Part shown: positions 61,563-64,000 of the stretch, one piece after another | Numbering within the stretch: position 1 is the stretch's first letter | Layout: each line of letters starts with the position of its first letter | From: Podarcis vaucheri | Lineage: Eukaryota | Strand: one strand, 5' to 3' | Assembly (NCBI GenBank): GCA_965113315.1 | Contig: OZ220369.1 | Length of the DNA stretch: 64,000 nucleotides | Notes under the pieces: model-generated | The model's input: only the letters and a program-made list of their open reading frames with translations | Database searches by the model: none | Told to the model about the DNA's origin: nothing | Made by a program: the position numbers and the translations under genes

Positions 61563-61788
61563 CAGTGATACCTCGGGTTACATACGCTTCAGGTTACAGA
61601 CTCCACTAACCCAGAAATAATACCTCGGGTTAAGAACTTTGCTTCAGGATGAGAACAGAAATCGTTCTCTAGTGGCGCGGCAGCAGCAGAAGGCCCTATT
61701 AGCTAAAGTGGTGCTTCAGGTTAAGAACAGTTTCAGGTTAAGAATAGACCTCCGGAACTAATTAAGTACTTAACCCGAGGTACCACTG
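61563..61788 (+). mobile_element. Tigger-like MITE
   Basis: TA|CAGTGATACCTCGGGTTA...TAACCCGAGGTACCACTG|TA. Confidence 0.92.
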
Positions 61789-62523
61789 TACACACCCCAT
61801 ACATACACACCCCAAACCATGCAACCCATTGGTTCCTCCTGCCTCTGGACCTCTGACACCTTGGCTTTGCTCTAGGTGCCTCTTCTGATCAGTCAGAACT
61901 TCCCCAACTCTTCTAGCTTCCCTATTTGCTCTCATATGATTCTGCCTGTTCCTCCTTCTGCTGACACCCAACCCTGCCAGCAAGGCATTGGTTCATTCTG
62001 ACCTAGCTCTAGATGTCTCTGGGTCAGTCCAACTTTTTTCCTGGGTAGCATTCAGAACTCTGTCCCTGCCAGCCTTTCTATGGGCTGGTTAATAATAATA
62101 ATTAAAATACATCAAAACACATTGGGAACCAGCAATTAAAATGCAGTTTGTCCTGACAACAGCCCAGCGGGCAGCATTCTCCGCACCTTATTTTTCAAGG
62201 GCCTGTTTGAACAGAAAGGTCTTGACCTGCTGGCAGAAGGATAACAAGGAGAGAGCCAGTCTAACTCGCTTGGGAAGGAATTCCACAATATGAGAGCAGT
62301 CACTGAAAAGGTTCCGTCTGTGTCACCTCCAACCATGCCTCTGATGTTGGTGGGACCAAAAGAAGGTGCTCACCTGAGGATCTTAGCACCTGAGCAGGTT
62401 CATAGATGGAGATATAATCTTCCCAGTAGCCTGGGCCCAAGCCATATCATTCTGCCCTTTGATTGCTGACATCTTCATTCCAGCTCTACTCTGGATAGAT
62501 TTCTCAGCTCAGACTCTGGAGGA

Positions 62524-62525
<2 letters not shown>

Positions 62526-62567
<42 letters not shown>
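62526..62567. repeat. (CT)n microsatellite
   Basis: Direct reading. Confidence 0.95.
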
Positions 62568-62571
<4 letters not shown>

Positions 62572-63089
62572 CTGTTCATGCCAGGATTCTCACATCAGCC
62601 CAGTGCTAACTAGTAGACAGCGGGGAAACCAAAACAAAGTGTCTTCCTAAATCCAGGAGCACCTAAGGTGCTTTAAAAAAATGCCTCTATCGATTCTCCT
62701 GCTGCTGTCCACAGTTCTAATCAGTGCTTCCATCTTATATCTTCTCTCGTTGCTCCCTGACAATTAGTGAAGTCTAAGAAAGAAATATGCAAACACAGTG
62801 CCGTTAATTGCAAGGTGTAAATTCAGCAGTGAAAACTCACCAAGGATCCTTCTCCAGGTGTGATGTGCATCTTGATCACATGGCTTCATGGTTCATTGCC
62901 ATGCAGCCAATAATTCCAAGGAGGCTGCAACAATGTATTATATACCTTGGGCTCATCCATGAACAGCATACAGAGAAAGGTGTAAGGAGTTTGATGGAGA
63001 GGGGGACAATAAGGAGGGCCTTGCAGGTAAGCCCAAAGGATTAAAGAACAAGAAATTATTTCACATGATGAAAAACACTTGTGCACATA

Positions 63090-63347
63090 CAGTGGCACCT
63101 CAGGTTAAGAACTTAATTCATTCTGGAGGTCTGTTCTTAACCTGAAACTGTTCTTAACCTGAAGCACCACTTTAGCTAATGGGGCCTCCTGCTGCCACTG
63201 CGCCGCTGCTGCACCATTTCTGTTCTCATCCTGAAGCAAAGTTCTTAACCTGAGGTACTATTTCTGGGTTAGTGGAGTCTGTAACCTGAATCGTATGTAA
63301 CCTGAAGTGTATGTAACCTGAAGCATATGTAACCCGAGGTACCACTG
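63090..63347 (-). mobile_element. Tigger-like MITE
   Basis: Reverse-complement copy of 61563-61788 with TA on both sides. Confidence 0.92.
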
Positions 63348-64000
63348 TACTATATAGCTAATCTGTCAGGCACACCATGTAATGTTCCCTGCAGGTGAGT
63401 CCAAGTGTTCCCTTGAAGAGGATTCATATTTGGACAAATAACAGATGACCCCACTTGGAGGGGCAGGAAAGCCCTCAGCACTGTCTTCTGTACCCTCCCA
63501 TCAGCCTCACACTACAGGAATTACTCCTCTGTAGCTTTTTCTGCTCCACAGTCGCAAAGCGGCATGGCTTTACATCATAGCTCTACGCCCTTCAAGGTTT
63601 GCAAACACCTCCACTGGAAAGTGGAGGTCACTGCAAAAGAAGGGTATACCAGCATTTTTAAGCCTCCAGATGACTTTGACCCTTTCCTGAGACATTTCTC
63701 ATAGCTCAGTCAGCAGGACCCACTGAGAGCTGTCCAGGGTCCTGACCTACATTGCCTGGACCTGCCTGAAAAAGACTATGTCTTTCCACTTTCCCTGTGA
63801 ACCCCAAGCCCCAGCAGAACAGGGTGCAACCTATGTTTGTACGCAGGCACTCTGTTTCTACACATTGCATTGGGAGCTGTTGTACTAACTGACAGAGAAA
63901 GGTAGAGAAAGTGAGTGGAAATTTTGGCGCAGAGCTAATCATATATTTCAAATTATAATAAAAATCCAACATGTCAATAAATCAAAATACCTGTTTAAAA

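Overview
Eukaryotic, repeat-rich, largely non-coding DNA from a squamate reptile, most likely a lacertid lizard. This is inferred from Sauria SINEs with (ACCTTT)n tails, BovB, L2, CR1 and L1 fragments, solo LTRs and many hAT, Tc1-mariner and PIF MITEs. No host protein-coding gene can be confidently identified; only weak candidate exons lie in the first 2.5 kb. Unique stretches between repeats carry PBX/MEIS/HOX/SOX/RFX motifs and look like enhancer-type non-coding DNA, untested. The stand-out signal is one non-autonomous hAT family (15-bp TIR CAGTGTTTCCCAACC, 8-bp TSDs) present three times: 36976-37812, 49063-50431 and 59121-gap. The two complete copies share only about 70-90 bp at each end and carry different CpG-island-like cargo. 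One cargo looks like a promoter plus an ATG-containing first exon with splice donor and intron; the other has CRE/ETS/NRF1 promoter-like fragments. This resembles plant Pack-MULE-style host sequence capture, here of vertebrate promoters. A 200-N assembly gap lies at 59223-59422. No database searches were run; family names rest on structure and recognition.
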